Assembly (NCBI GenBank): GCA_002104945.1
Contig: MCFH01000023.1
Location: 62,001-126,000, forward strand
DNA: 64,000 bases
Direction: 5' to 3'
Source of the DNA: Piromyces finnis finn
Lineage: Eukaryota > Fungi > Neocallimastigomycota
This document shows positions 25,435-37,808 of the stretch, piece by piece. The translations under genes and the position numbers were made by a program. Each line of letters begins with the position of its first letter. The first letter of the stretch is position 1. The notes below the pieces were generated by a model. The model searched no databases, was not told the DNA's origin, and saw nothing but the letters and a program-made list of their open reading frames with translations.

Positions 25435-28400
25435 CTTTTTTTTTTATAAAAAAAAATATCAAAATATCAAAACAAATTTATCCAGAAAAATTTTTATTAT
25501 TTATTGGGATGTTTGACATTGTCCACATATGGAAAAGGTGTGTGTGTAATGACATTTTTTTTTTTTTTTTTTTGATTTCAAAGCATTCCCATAAAAAAAT
25601 TAAAAAAATACATTTTATCATGTGATATGTATAAAAAATAAATATTATTGGTTAATTTTATTGTTAAATTTCTTTATCAAATTTTAAAAAAAATTAATTG
25701 TTTTGCTGCTGCGGTTAATGCAAAATATTTAAATTGAATACTCTAAAATCTATATAATTTACAATTTATTCTAATATATTCTAATATTAAACCATTATTA
25801 ATTTCATTGTATATTAATCATATATTATTCAATTAATAACATTTTAATTGTATTGATTGGTTAAAAATTAATGAATTTTCATTAGTTCAATTGAAAAATT
25901 TTTAATTATTTTTATTTCATCCCACATGGTGGTGGTAGGTAGTGGCAGTAGTGGTGGTGGTGATGTAATTTCATTGCACAATTCAAACCAACCCTTTCCA
26001 CCATCATTCCCATTTTGAATCAATAATTCTTTTTGAATGAATGAAATTTGAATGAATTGAATTAAATTTTGAATTTATTATTGAATCATTTCAAAAAAAT
26101 TCAAAATTCAAAATTCAAAATTTAGTTCAATTCATTTGAAAATTACTTTTTATTTTGTTGAAAATTAGTTCAATTCAATTCATTGAAATGTTTGAAAAAA
26201 AATTTTTTTTTCTTTTTTTTAAATTTTAAATTCATTCCCATCCATCCAACCTTTAAGACGGATGACGGATGGATGGATGACCCACCAATTGAATTTTTTA
26301 TTTATTGAATTTGAACCATGAAATGATATGAAATGATGGAAAGTAATGCCGTTTTATTATTAAATTGAATTTTGTATACATAATGTATACATAATGTTTA
26401 TTTTGTATTTCCATTTTACAAAATGTTAGAAAATAAAAATTATTATTTATACATTATATTGTTTATTTCCTTTTTGTAGTGACAATCCCCTTTTTCACAT
26501 TTATATTTTATTAATTCCAACCCATAATATTTTTTTTAAAAAACAACGATCTATGAAATCACTTTTTTTTTTTTTAATTTGATTATTTAAATAAAAAAAT
26601 AATAGATATATCAAAGGGTAATATGTTCATTTTATAATCCAATTGATAATCCAACCACCATTATGACTAATAAATAAATATATATAAAATTTGTTTTTAC
26701 ATACCTTTGCCGGTTAAAGAGGTGATCAGGGCTGAAGAAGATGTAAGGGAAAGTACAATGACTTCATCCTTATTTTCACCATAAATAGGACTGATATCGG
26801 AGAGTTTAAATGTTATATTAAATGACTTATCATCTGATGGTAAATTGACTCCTACAGAGGAACTAAAGCATATAGCATTACTTGATGATAATTGACCTAA
26901 TTTTCCATTATCATTATCATTACAACTATCGAGAGTAGCCTTTACACATTCTTCACCTTTCCATCCGTTACATTGATAGAAATTAGATGCGTCATCTGAT
27001 ACATATCCTCTTATTAATTCACATTCACTATTAGTATCACAAACGTATCCAATAGTTGCTGGTTTTAAAGAGTTATCTGTTACAGATTCAAAATTATCAT
27101 CGAAATATACAGCCGAAGTACTTGAAATAGCTCCACAACTTTTACTAGTTTCATCTGTAATAGTAGATATATAAATTTTATTATCAGAGGAAATACAATG
27201 TTGTCCACTTAGAGCATCCGTGAAACAAGTATCTGATGAAGAGATTACATCCTTATCACATGATGGAAGACCTGCTCTTTCTAAAAGAATGGCACTACCA
27301 TCATTACGAATTTTAACTCCAATTTTTGAGGAAGCTTCGGCCCCTGGGAAATCATTTTTTTCTGAAATTTCAAGGGTATGATAACTCTCTTCGGATGATG
27401 TTAATTCTTTTGGACTAGTGTCGTCAGATGATAAACATAATTTAATTGAATTGCTTTCATTATCTTCATTATCTTTAATAATCATTCCAGATTTTGAACA
27501 GGATTTATTGGGAATGGAATAACCAAAACATAAAGAGGAAGTACAATTAAATACATGATAACTCTCTTTGTCATTTCCATCATTAATATAATAACCTTGA
27601 TAAGGCTTTTCTGATAAACATACAACACTAGTATTAGCAGTAGTACAATGGATCAACTTTGAATAAAGAATATTATCCGTATTTATACTAGAATCTTGAT
27701 CAAGATAATAATCTCCATCACTGGCTGATGTAGGTTGACATGCATCACCTATCTTAAAAGTATTAGTTATATCATCAGTTGTTATAGTATCATTCTTACA
27801 ATAAATAACTGGTTTGTCAGCTTTATCACTACCATAGTTAAGGTAGTAACCATCATTTTTACTATTTATAATGGCACATGTTACAGCATCAGCAGCAGTG
27901 GCATCTAAAGGATTTGTAGAACAATAAATTAAACTTTTTTCTATTGTTTTATCTGGATCACCTCCATTATCATAATAACCTGGGGCCATACCGGTAATGG
28001 AGGTACACTTCACTTCATCGACATTATCAGAAGTATTACAATGAATTAATTGAGTGTAATTTCCATTACTTTCAACAAATTTATCTTCATCCGCATAATA
28101 CGTGTTACTTGAAGCTTCGGTTGTGGTACAACCAACACCGGTTTTACATACAATTAATGGGTTAGTGCTTGAATCATTTCCGGAATTAAGGTAATAACCA
28201 TCCTTGGCACCATTTTTGTTTTCACAGGTTACACTGCCTTCGCCTTCGCTTGAACAGTAAAATATATCATTTTTCAATAGATCGTCTGGATTGACGGCAT
28301 TATTGGCATAATAACCACCAATGGCGATGGCACTGGAAGAACATCCAATTGTACCATTATTATCACTTTGTTGTTGGCATATAATTAATTTTGAGTATTT

Positions 28401-31400
28401 GTCTTCATTAACATTGCTATCATCAGGATAATAACCTTTATTTGCTGTATCTGATATACAGGTTATTTTATTGGTATTTTCACTGCAAACAATTACATTG
28501 CTATAGGTAACATTACTATCGTCAGTATTTTTGGAATCTGAATCAATATAATATCCAACCCTTCCTTCACTAGTTTGACATCCACTATCGGCTTTACATT
28601 CAATGATTGATTTTTCCTTCTTATCAATTCCTGAATTCATGTAATAAGTATTTGTAGCTGATGTTTCCATGGTACATGAATTGTTTTTGCAATTAAATAT
28701 GGCATCTTCTAATGCACCGGTAATATCCCTATTGACATAAACACCCTCAGTAACAGTCCTGGAAATACATGTTGATGAAGTGCATTCAATTAACTTAGTA
28801 AATATTTTGTCATCAGTGGCACTAGCATCTTTTATACTACCATCAGCATAATAACCAAATACATCTTCTGAAGGTTCTTTAGACTCACAATTAACTACAT
28901 TATTGGTATTACTCTTACAAGCAATAATATGATTATATTCAAAAGCCTCATTTCCTTCACCAGAACTTTTGGTATCTGAATCAATGTAATATCCAACATT
29001 ACCTTCACTAGTTTGACATCCACTATCAGCTTTACATTCAATGATTGATTTTGCTGGTTCTTCCCCTTTCACTACATTATCACTTCCTGCATTCATGTAA
29101 TAGGTATTTGTATTTGTAGCTGGTGTTTCCATTGTACATGATCCATTTTTACAATTAAATATGGCATCTGTTAAATTTTCTGGAGTAATATCTTTATTGA
29201 CATAAATACCATCAGCAACAGTGCTGGAAGTACATGTTGATGAAGTACACTCAATTAGTTGAGTAAATGTTTTTTCAGTACCCGTACTACTGGTACTTTC
29301 ATCAGCATAATAACCTGGTGTCATAACTGAAGGTTCTTTGGATACACAAGTAACTACATTATTTTCATCATTGTCACTACTACAAACAATTACATTACTA
29401 TAAGTGACTGCGTCATTGCCTTCACCAGAACTTTTGGTATCTGAATCAATATAATATCCAACATTACCTTCACTAGTTTGACATCCAGTACCTGTTTTAC
29501 ATTCAATAATTGATTTTGCTGGTAAATTATATTTTGCTTCCTTATCACTTCCTGCATTCATGTAATAGGTATTACTTTCGGTTGTTTTTATTTCACATGA
29601 ATTGCTTTTACAATTAAATATAGCATCAATTAAAGTATTGTTAACCCCTTTATTTTCATAAATACCTTCAGTAACAGTGCTGGAAGTACATGTTAATGAA
29701 GTACATTCAATTAATTGAGTAAATGTTTTACCATTAGTATCAGTAGTATCTTTCATACTACCATCAGCATAATAACCAGACTCAATTTCCGATGCTGTTT
29801 TTGATTCACAATTAACTATATTATTGTCATCATTACTACAAACAATTATATTATTATATGTGGCAATTTCATCTCCTTCAATAGAACTTATAACATTTGC
29901 ATCAATATAATAACCAAGAGTACCTACTTTTGTTATACAGCCATCATTGGAATCACAAAAAATGATTTGCTTTTTCTCTTCACCTAATTTGTCACTTCCT
30001 GCATTCATGTAATATGTATTTGTATCTGGTGATTTCATTGTACATGATTCTCCATCACAATAAAATAGGGCATCATTTAATGCACCAGTAACACCTTTAT
30101 TTACATAAACACCCTCAGCAACAGTGCTGGAAGTACATGTTGATGAAGTACACTCAATTAGTTGAGTAAATGTTTTTTCAGTACCCGTACTACTGGTACT
30201 TTCATCAGCATAATAACCAGACTCAATTTCCGATGCTGTTTTTGATTCACAATTAACTATATTATTGTCATCATTACTACAAACAATTATATTATTATAT
30301 GTGGCAATTTCATCTCCTTCAATAGAACTTATAACATTTGCATCAATATAATAACCAAGAGTACCTACTTTTGTTATACAGCCATCATTGGAATCACAAA
30401 AAATGATTTGCTTTTTCTCTTCACCTAATTTGTCACTTCCTGCATTCATGTAATATGTATTTGTATCTGGTGATTTCATTGTACATGATTCTCCATCACA
30501 ATAAAATAGGGCATCATTTAATGCACCAGTAACACCTTTATTTACATAAACACCCTCAGCAACAGTGCTGGAAGTACATGTTGATGAAGTACACTCAATT
30601 AGTTGAGTAAATGTTTTACCATTAGTATCAGTAGTATCTTTCATACTACCATCAGCATAATAACCAGATATGCTTTCTGAAGAGGGGTTTTTAGATTCAC
30701 AACTCACTTCACCAGATTTATAACTACAAACAATCATATTATTGTATTTAACAACATTTTCTCCTTCACCAGTACTCTTTTTGTCTGAATCAATGTAATA
30801 TCCAACAGTACCTATACTAGTTTGACATCCATTATCTGTTTTACATTCAATAATTGACTTTTCATCTTTACTCCTTCCTGCATTCATGTAATATGTACCA
30901 TTTTCAGCATTTTGTATTTTACATGATCCATCAATACAACTAATTATAGCATTTTCTAATAAATTAGTAATACCTTTATTACCTTTATTGATATAAATGC
31001 CATTAGCAGTAGTGCTTGTAGAACATATACCTCCATAACATTCTATTAATCGAGTAAATGAATTTCCATCATCGTTTTTACTACTACTATCTATATAATA
31101 ATCAGCTATACTTATTTCATAAAAAGATGTACATAAAATTGTGGATGTTTGATCCGTATCATTTGAAGTTGAGGTACATTCGATAATTTTATTATATTCA
31201 TCTCTTTCTTCGCTTGATTTACTACCTCCATCAATAAAATGATCACCATCAGCAACAGTTGTTTTATCTACGCATCCATTGGTATCACATGAAATAAGCT
31301 TCGAATTGTCTTCAGCATTAACATAAAATCCATTTCCTATTATTTTTCTACAAATTTCTGTAGCAGAACAATAAAATAAAGCATCAGTAGTACCAGACAT

Positions 31401-33037
31401 AGATTTGTTAATATAATATCCTGCGGCTTCGACAGCACTTGAAGAACATGAATTGTTTTCACATTTTATTAATTTTACATAAACATCATCACTGACATTA
31501 CCATCATCAGGATAGTAACCATCTATAGCTGATGAAGTAATAAACTTATTATTTTCACTATCATAGGTAATTAATTGTTTTGTTTCTTTATCATTTCCAT
31601 TATTTATATAATATCCTGTGGTTTTACCATTGAAAATTTCACAAGTACCATCTGAACATAATATTAATGCACTTGTAGCACCGGTAGTAACGGCGCTATT
31701 AATGTAAAATCCAGCAGTACTCTCTGCCTGAATTGTAGAACAACCATTTTCTGTACAATAAATAAGAGGATTTAATTCTATATCATTTATACTATCATTA
31801 AGGTAATATCCTGTAGTTTGACCATCGACAACTTCACAAGTAGTACCATCTGAACATGATATTAAGGCACCTGTAGTACCGGTAGTAACAGCGCTATTGA
31901 TGTAAAATCCAGCAGTACTCTCTGCCTGAATTGTAGAACAACCACTTTCTGTTGTACAATAAATGAGAGGATTCGATGTTTCATCATTTCCATTATTAAG
32001 GTAATATCCTTCGGAAACTGCATCATCTTCTTTACAAGTAATTGTGCTTCCGGAACAATTAATTAATGCATTGCTAATACCAGAATTAACACCACCATTT
32101 GTATAATATCCAGTGGTAATTTCTGTACTTAATGAACTGCATGTAATAGTGGATGATGGATCACCAGTACAAGTAATTAAATTAGTATAAGTGCCATCAT
32201 TTAATGTATTACCATCAACATAATATCCAGATATTTTAATAGCCCCTTTTGATACCTCGCTAAATGTACCCGATGCCAATTTTATTAAAGGTATATCAAT
32301 GGCACTCTTTCCTTCCTCGTTAGTATCTTTATTTATATAATAACCATCTTTTGAAGCTACATTACATGCACCTGACTCTGAACATATTAATAATTTACTA
32401 TTTTTATATATATTTGTATTTTTAACAGACGTACCATCTCCTTTGTATATTACTAAATTAGTACTTGAATCATCTGAGGACAAATTTGTTTCTGTGCATG
32501 CATTATCATCAGTACAAGAATAAATATAATATTTATTTTCATCTAAATTTTGAACTGTACAAGCACCTGTAGTTGATTTATAAATAGTATTATCTTTTAT
32601 ACAAAAATTTCCATTCGCTATTGTTCCACTTCCCTCTTTATTACATAATGCTGTTGTACTTTCCGGTGAAGTTGTTCCTTCATTTTCATCATCAACATTA
32701 GCATTTGCACATGTTGGTAATCCTTATTATATATTTTTGATGAAAAAAAAAAAAAAAGAAAGTAATTAATATACGGCAATGATTGATATTTTAAATATAA
32801 TCAATATCTTAAAAATTTTAATTTAATCTAAATTAAATGAATCTATCCTCCATATTCATTATAAAAAAAAAAAAAAAAAAACATTATTGAAAATAAAAAA
32901 AAAAAACATATAATATTGTATATAAAAATATTTTATTAATCATGATAATTTAATATTTACCAGTAATTTCTGCTTTTACTCTTGGGGTATATAAAGTATT
33001 AAGGATAAAGAGTAAAGGCAACCATCCAACGGATAGT
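9644..33037 (-). CDS. Giant cellulosome scaffoldin-like protein (ScaA-like), ~7,300 aa, at least 3 coding exons: 32961-33037, 26705-32722, 9644-25434
   Basis: Hundreds of Cys-containing (G)YY(I/L)N...LI(Q/K)C...C repeats typical of fungal scaffoldins. Donor AAAG|GTATGT (26704) and acceptor AAAAG|AC (25435) are both phase 1 and join in frame (..SLTGK-D-KRYFINY..). Donor ACTG|GTAAAT (32960) and acceptor TAAG|GA (32723) join RLSVGWLPLLFILNTLYTPRVKA-EITG-LPTC (signal peptide). Hydrophobic C-terminus. The start codon lies in an unidentified upstream exon, since an in-frame TAA precedes 33037. Confidence 0.85.
22075..24668. repeat. Recent intragenic duplication: ~22075-22925 nearly identical to ~23818-24668 (offset 1743-1746 nt, ~581 aa)
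   Basis: Identical strings occur at both positions, e.g. tctcctccacacttgataatg at 22101 and 23844, and ttcaagaaga at 22911 and 24657. Confidence 0.9.
25435..26704 (-). other. 1,270-nt phase-1 intron of the scaffoldin-like gene
   Basis: GTATGT donor and AAAAAG acceptor; frame is conserved across it; sequence is AT-rich and non-coding. An alternative acceptor 6 nt further on is also phase 1. Confidence 0.7.
26705..32722 (-). CDS. Scaffoldin-like gene, internal exon (6,018 nt)
   Basis: The frame is open from the acceptor at 32723 (LPTCANANVDDE...) through the 1928-aa ORF. Same GYY/LIxC repeat family. The ORF-track end GKGM* is the GTATGT donor. Confidence 0.88.
29700..30660. repeat. Intragenic tandem duplication, 441-nt (147-aa) period, ~400 bp identical
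   Basis: ctcaatttccgatgctg at 29781 and 30222. The protein block FTQLIECTSSTC...EIESGYYAD is repeated verbatim. Confidence 0.9.
32961..33037 (-). CDS. Signal-peptide exon of the scaffoldin-like gene (77 nt)
   Basis: Flanked by AAAG| and |GTAAAT. Encodes (R)LSVGWLPLLFILNTLYTPRVKAEIT(G). The phase matches the next exon. Confidence 0.7.
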
Positions 33038-34593
33038 CTTTACGTTTTTTATTATATATTTTTTAATAAATGAAAAAAGAATAGTGTGTTAATAATACTT
33101 TAAATTTGATTATAATAATTATAATGAAAATTTGAATAATAAATACTGAAAATGAATACAAAATAAAATATTTAAAAAAAAAAAAGAAACTAAAAAAACA
33201 GAATATAAACTAGTAAAGGTCTTTTAAAGTATAATAAGAAAACTTTTTTTATATTTTTAAATTGATATACATTTTTTCCTTAAGATATTAAATTTAAAAT
33301 TTTATTTAAATAATGATAATTAATTAAATAAAAAATTTTAAAATATTTAAATTGGTAAAAGAGAAAAAAAATATCAGGAAAATTATGGTAAGAACAACAA
33401 AATGAAGAAATGAAATGATAATAAAAAAAGGAAGGAATTATTATTATAATTAAAAAAAAAGGATATATTTTCTATAATATTCCACTTTTATTTAATTAGT
33501 TTATCCCTATCCATAGTAACTATTTTTATATTTTTATTTGGTAGTTATAATCAAAAGTTTAAAAAAATATTCCTTTTTTTTACCTTTTTATTGTTAACAT
33601 GTCTATGTCTAATGTATTTTTTCTTTTTTATCTACGCGTATTTATAAAATAAATGAAATCATAAAATATTTAAATAAGCTATTTTTTTAAAAAAAAAAAA
33701 ACAAAATATTACTATTTAAAATAAAATAATATTTAATCTAATGTAAAGGTAAAATAAAAAATAAAAAAAAAAAAACCAATATTATTATCTTTATTCTTTT
33801 AATTATTCAATTTTTTTTAAAAAAGTCAATAAAGATACATTTAAATATACGCTTTTAATTATTGTTTTTTTCATTCTAAATTAAAAAAAGAATAACCAAT
33901 GAATTTAATTTCAAAAAATAAAAAAACTCATTTTTTTTTTCACTTTATAAAGAATTAAATGAATGCATTAAATAAATTTATATTAAAATTTTAAAAAAAA
34001 AACAATGATAAAAGCAAAACTGATTTGGTTTTAAATAAATATTAAATGGGAAAATTAGAAATTAAAAAGTTTAAAATTCTTTTTTTTTAATTAAATACTC
34101 TATAAAAGAAATAAAAAATAAATGGATGAATAATTAAATATTAAATAAATAATTAAAATCTTTTTTTTTTTTAATTTAAAATAATTTAAAAAAAAAATAA
34201 AAAAAGCGGAAATAAATCCAATGCTAATTTTTATATTTAAATAATATTGTTAATTTTTTTTTTATTTTTAAAAAAATAATTAAAATATTAAAAAAAATAT
34301 CATATTTTTTTTTAAATTTACACTAATTTCACGTCCTTCAGTTTTAAGGTAATGGTATCATTGTTTTTTTTTTTAAAAGAAAAAAAGAATTGAAATTTTG
34401 AAATATTTAATTTTATACCAAGAAAAAAAAACTAAAACAATTAGAATAAATCTTATTCATTTTATTTTAAAAAAAATAATAAATATTATAATCATTTTTA
34501 TAAATTTTTGCTTAATACCTTTTTATATTTTCAATTTGTTTTTATGTATATATAAATTGAAAAAGAGTTTTTTTTTTTATTTTTCCTTATTTA

Positions 34594-34626
<33 letters not shown>

Positions 34627-35481
34627 TTTTTCTTTAAAATGTTTATTTAATTCTATATATTAACATTTGATTTTACTAATTAAATCATTTTTCTTGTATA
34701 AAAAATACCATTCTAATTTAAATATTCATTGAATATAAATTTAAAAATCTTTATTATATAATTTAATTCAATTATTTTTTAATTTTAATTTCGTGTTTTT
34801 TAAAATTTAAATTAAAAATGTATATTTAAACTAAATTTTTAAAATTAGAAAAAATTGATAATTTATTATTTATAAAAATTTTGAGTTACAACATATTTAA
34901 ATAAAGCTATTCTATATTTTATTCATTCTTTGCAACATTTGATAATACTTTTTCAATAAATATTATTTTATAAAAAGTTTATTGAAATAAATATTGTGAT
35001 AAATATAAGTTTATATTTTAAATTTATTTTTTGGAAATACTAGCAATTTATATTTTTTTATTAAAATAAAATTTTAAAAATCTTGAAATTTAATATTACA
35101 AAAAAAATAAAATATTTTTTTTTAATCAACATTAATATTCATAAAAAGATAACATCAGTAAGAACTGCTCATTCTATTAAAACTTTCATCTTTAACGAAA
35201 TGTTCAATTGTCTTTTTTAAAAAAAATAATAATAATAATAAAATCAATCCACTTATCATCATAAATTTTAAATTTTTTAATGAAAATAAATTGGCAGAGT
35301 AAAAGTCATGATTTTATTATTTATTAATAAAAAACTAAAATTTATTTTTTATTTTTCAATAATAAGCATTTATTTTTATTTTTTTTTAATTTAGTTGATT
35401 AATTTTTAGAGAATTATAGAATATAATTTAACATTGGAAAGTGTTATTAAAATTAATGTAAAAATAATTTAAAATTTAATA

Positions 35482-35517
<36 letters not shown>

Positions 35518-37350
35518 TAGTTTACACAGTAATATTTCTTTTTTTTTTGAAATTAATATTTTATTTTTAAACGTTGATATTTTTGAATTTTTAAAATATA
35601 ATTAAATTTATAAAAAAAAAAAAATCCTTTTTTTTCAATAATTATTTATTTTTAAAAAATATATATATATATAATTTTAAAAGTTAACTTTTAGAGAATT
35701 TAAATTAAAAAAATAAAATCTATTTTTTTTTATTTTTAAAAAACTTTTTTTTTTTTACATTTTTAAATTAATATAATTACATTTTTTTTTTTTTTTATTC
35801 ATTCAAAATGTATAAAATAATACTTTAGATTCTACAAACCTTTAATTGATTTTTTATATAAAAAAAAAACTGATACTGTTGTTGTTGTTGTTGTAGTTGT
35901 TCCAGTTAGTTTGTTGTTGTTGTTGTTGTTGTTTTTTATTATTATTTATTTATTTAAAAAAAAATAAAAATTTTTTTTGGATTTTTTTTATGGATTTAAT
36001 TCCACCGTTAAAATATTTTCTTCCATAACTACTTAACTATAGAAAGATTAAAAAGAAAAAAATAAATAAATGACCAAATCTTTAATAAACTTTTATACCA
36101 TGATTTCTATATAAATAATAGAAAACACTAAACACCATGATGTTTAAAATGAAAATTTTAATAGGATGAAACCAGTCTTTTATAGCTTTTATGGCTTTTT
36201 TTCTATTTATTAAAACGTAATACAAATACATAAATTAATAATGTAATGTAGTAAATGATTAATGTCAAATGATAAAAAATTTAATTTTAACTATTATTGG
36301 ATGAAACATTTATTTATAATTTCTTTAAATTAAATTCCACATGGATAAAAGTTTATTTATTATTTTTTAATTTATTATTTAATTTAAAAAATAAAAATAA
36401 AAATTAAAATTTAATCTATTTTTTTAAAAATCTACAAATTTAAACTTTCGGAAAAGAATTCTTTTTAAGCATCCACTTTTTTTTTTTTAATTAGAATGAT
36501 GTTCAGTCCATAGATATAAAAGAAATGAATAAATATAACGATAAAAATAAGGTTATTATTAATGAGTGAAATAAAATAAATAATGAACTTTGTTAATTTA
36601 AATAAAACTAACATCTTTAAAAAAGAATTACCTTTATAAATAGTACATGATTCCAACACTAATTTATTGTATTTGTATTAAATATGGTATTTTTAGAGAC
36701 AAGCCTTAATTAAAATACTTTGAAATAAGCTTCTTAATTAACAATAAAATTATTTAATAATAATTAATTATTATTAATTCTTCAATAACTTTTTTATTAT
36801 TATAATTAGTTCAACATTTAAATCTTTAATGCTTTTTTTTTTTTTTTTTGTAAGGTATTTTGTATATATTTTGAGGTATTATTTCATTGTTTTAATCTAT
36901 TATAAAATCAATTCAGAATCATTTTACCTTTCTTTTTTTTTAATAAAATAATATTTTATTATTTATTTATACTTGATAATAAATTAATGTGACCTTTTTA
37001 TCAATATATTTTAAATACGTCTTTTTTATATGCTATTAAAATAAGATAAAAAAAAACTATACCAGACCTTTGTGGTACTATAAATTATTTAGTCTGGCCA
37101 AATTTTCACTATTTACACCAAAGATAATTCATTATTTTTATCATTATTAACAATTAAAATAATTTATCAAGTAAATTGAAATTATTTTTTTTAATATTTT
37201 ATTTTTTTCATCTAATATTTAATTAATTATTATTATCATATAAATAATAAAAAAAATTATAAATTTGTATACTTTTTTTTTTTCTTTTTTATATGTTAAG
37301 TGGATTGCATAAAAGAAAGAATAAAGTAACTGAAAAATAAAAAAAGAATA

Positions 37351-37790
37351 AGAATTGAAAATTAAAGAATTAAATAATAAAAAAAGAAAAAGAATTGAAA
37401 ATTAAAGAATTAAATAATAAAAAAAGAAAAAGAATTGAAAATTAAAGAATTAAATAATAAAAAAAGAAAAAGAATTGAAAATTAAAGAATTAAATAATAA
37501 AAAAAGAAAAAGAATTGAAAATTAAAGAATTAAATAATAAAAAAAGAAAAAGAATTGAAAATTAAAGAATTAAATAATAAAAAAAGAAAAAGAATTGAAA
37601 ATTAAAGAATTAAATAATAAAAAAAGAAAAAGAATTGAAAATTAAAGAATTAAATAATAAAAAAAGAAAAAGAATTGAAAATTAAAGAATTAAATAATAA
37701 AAAAAGAAAAAGAATTGAAAATTAAAGAATTAAATAATAAAAAAAGAAAAAGAATTGAAAATTAAAAAATTAAATAATAAAAAAAGAAAA
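37351..37790. repeat. Minisatellite, 11 x 40-bp unit (AGAATTGAAAATTAAAGAATTAAATAATAAAAAAAGAAAA)
   Basis: Ten identical units and a last unit with one substitution. No spacers. Confidence 0.95.
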
Positions 37791-37808
37791 AGTAAATAGT
37801 TAAATAAA

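Noticed and set aside
26634-26704. Alternative short terminal exon (VIMVVGLSIGL*) using the AG at 26667
   Set aside because: It would need a 38-nt intron, which is probably too short, and there is no transcript evidence. The distal acceptor gives a coherent full-length protein.
37060-37112. CCAGAC...GTCTGG inverted repeat and TAGTCTGGCCAAAT resembling a Tc1/mariner terminus
   Set aside because: Only a 6-bp IR, with no partner terminus or transposase in the window.
33100-37300. Short ORFs (34398-34598, 36465-36659) and GTT/TAA tracts in the long AT-rich upstream region
   Set aside because: Low-complexity intergenic DNA. The scaffoldin's first exon probably lies here, but I could not identify it reliably.
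37351-37790. Regular 40-bp repeats as a CRISPR array
   Set aside because: The units are contiguous with no unique spacers, there are no cas genes, and the host is eukaryotic.
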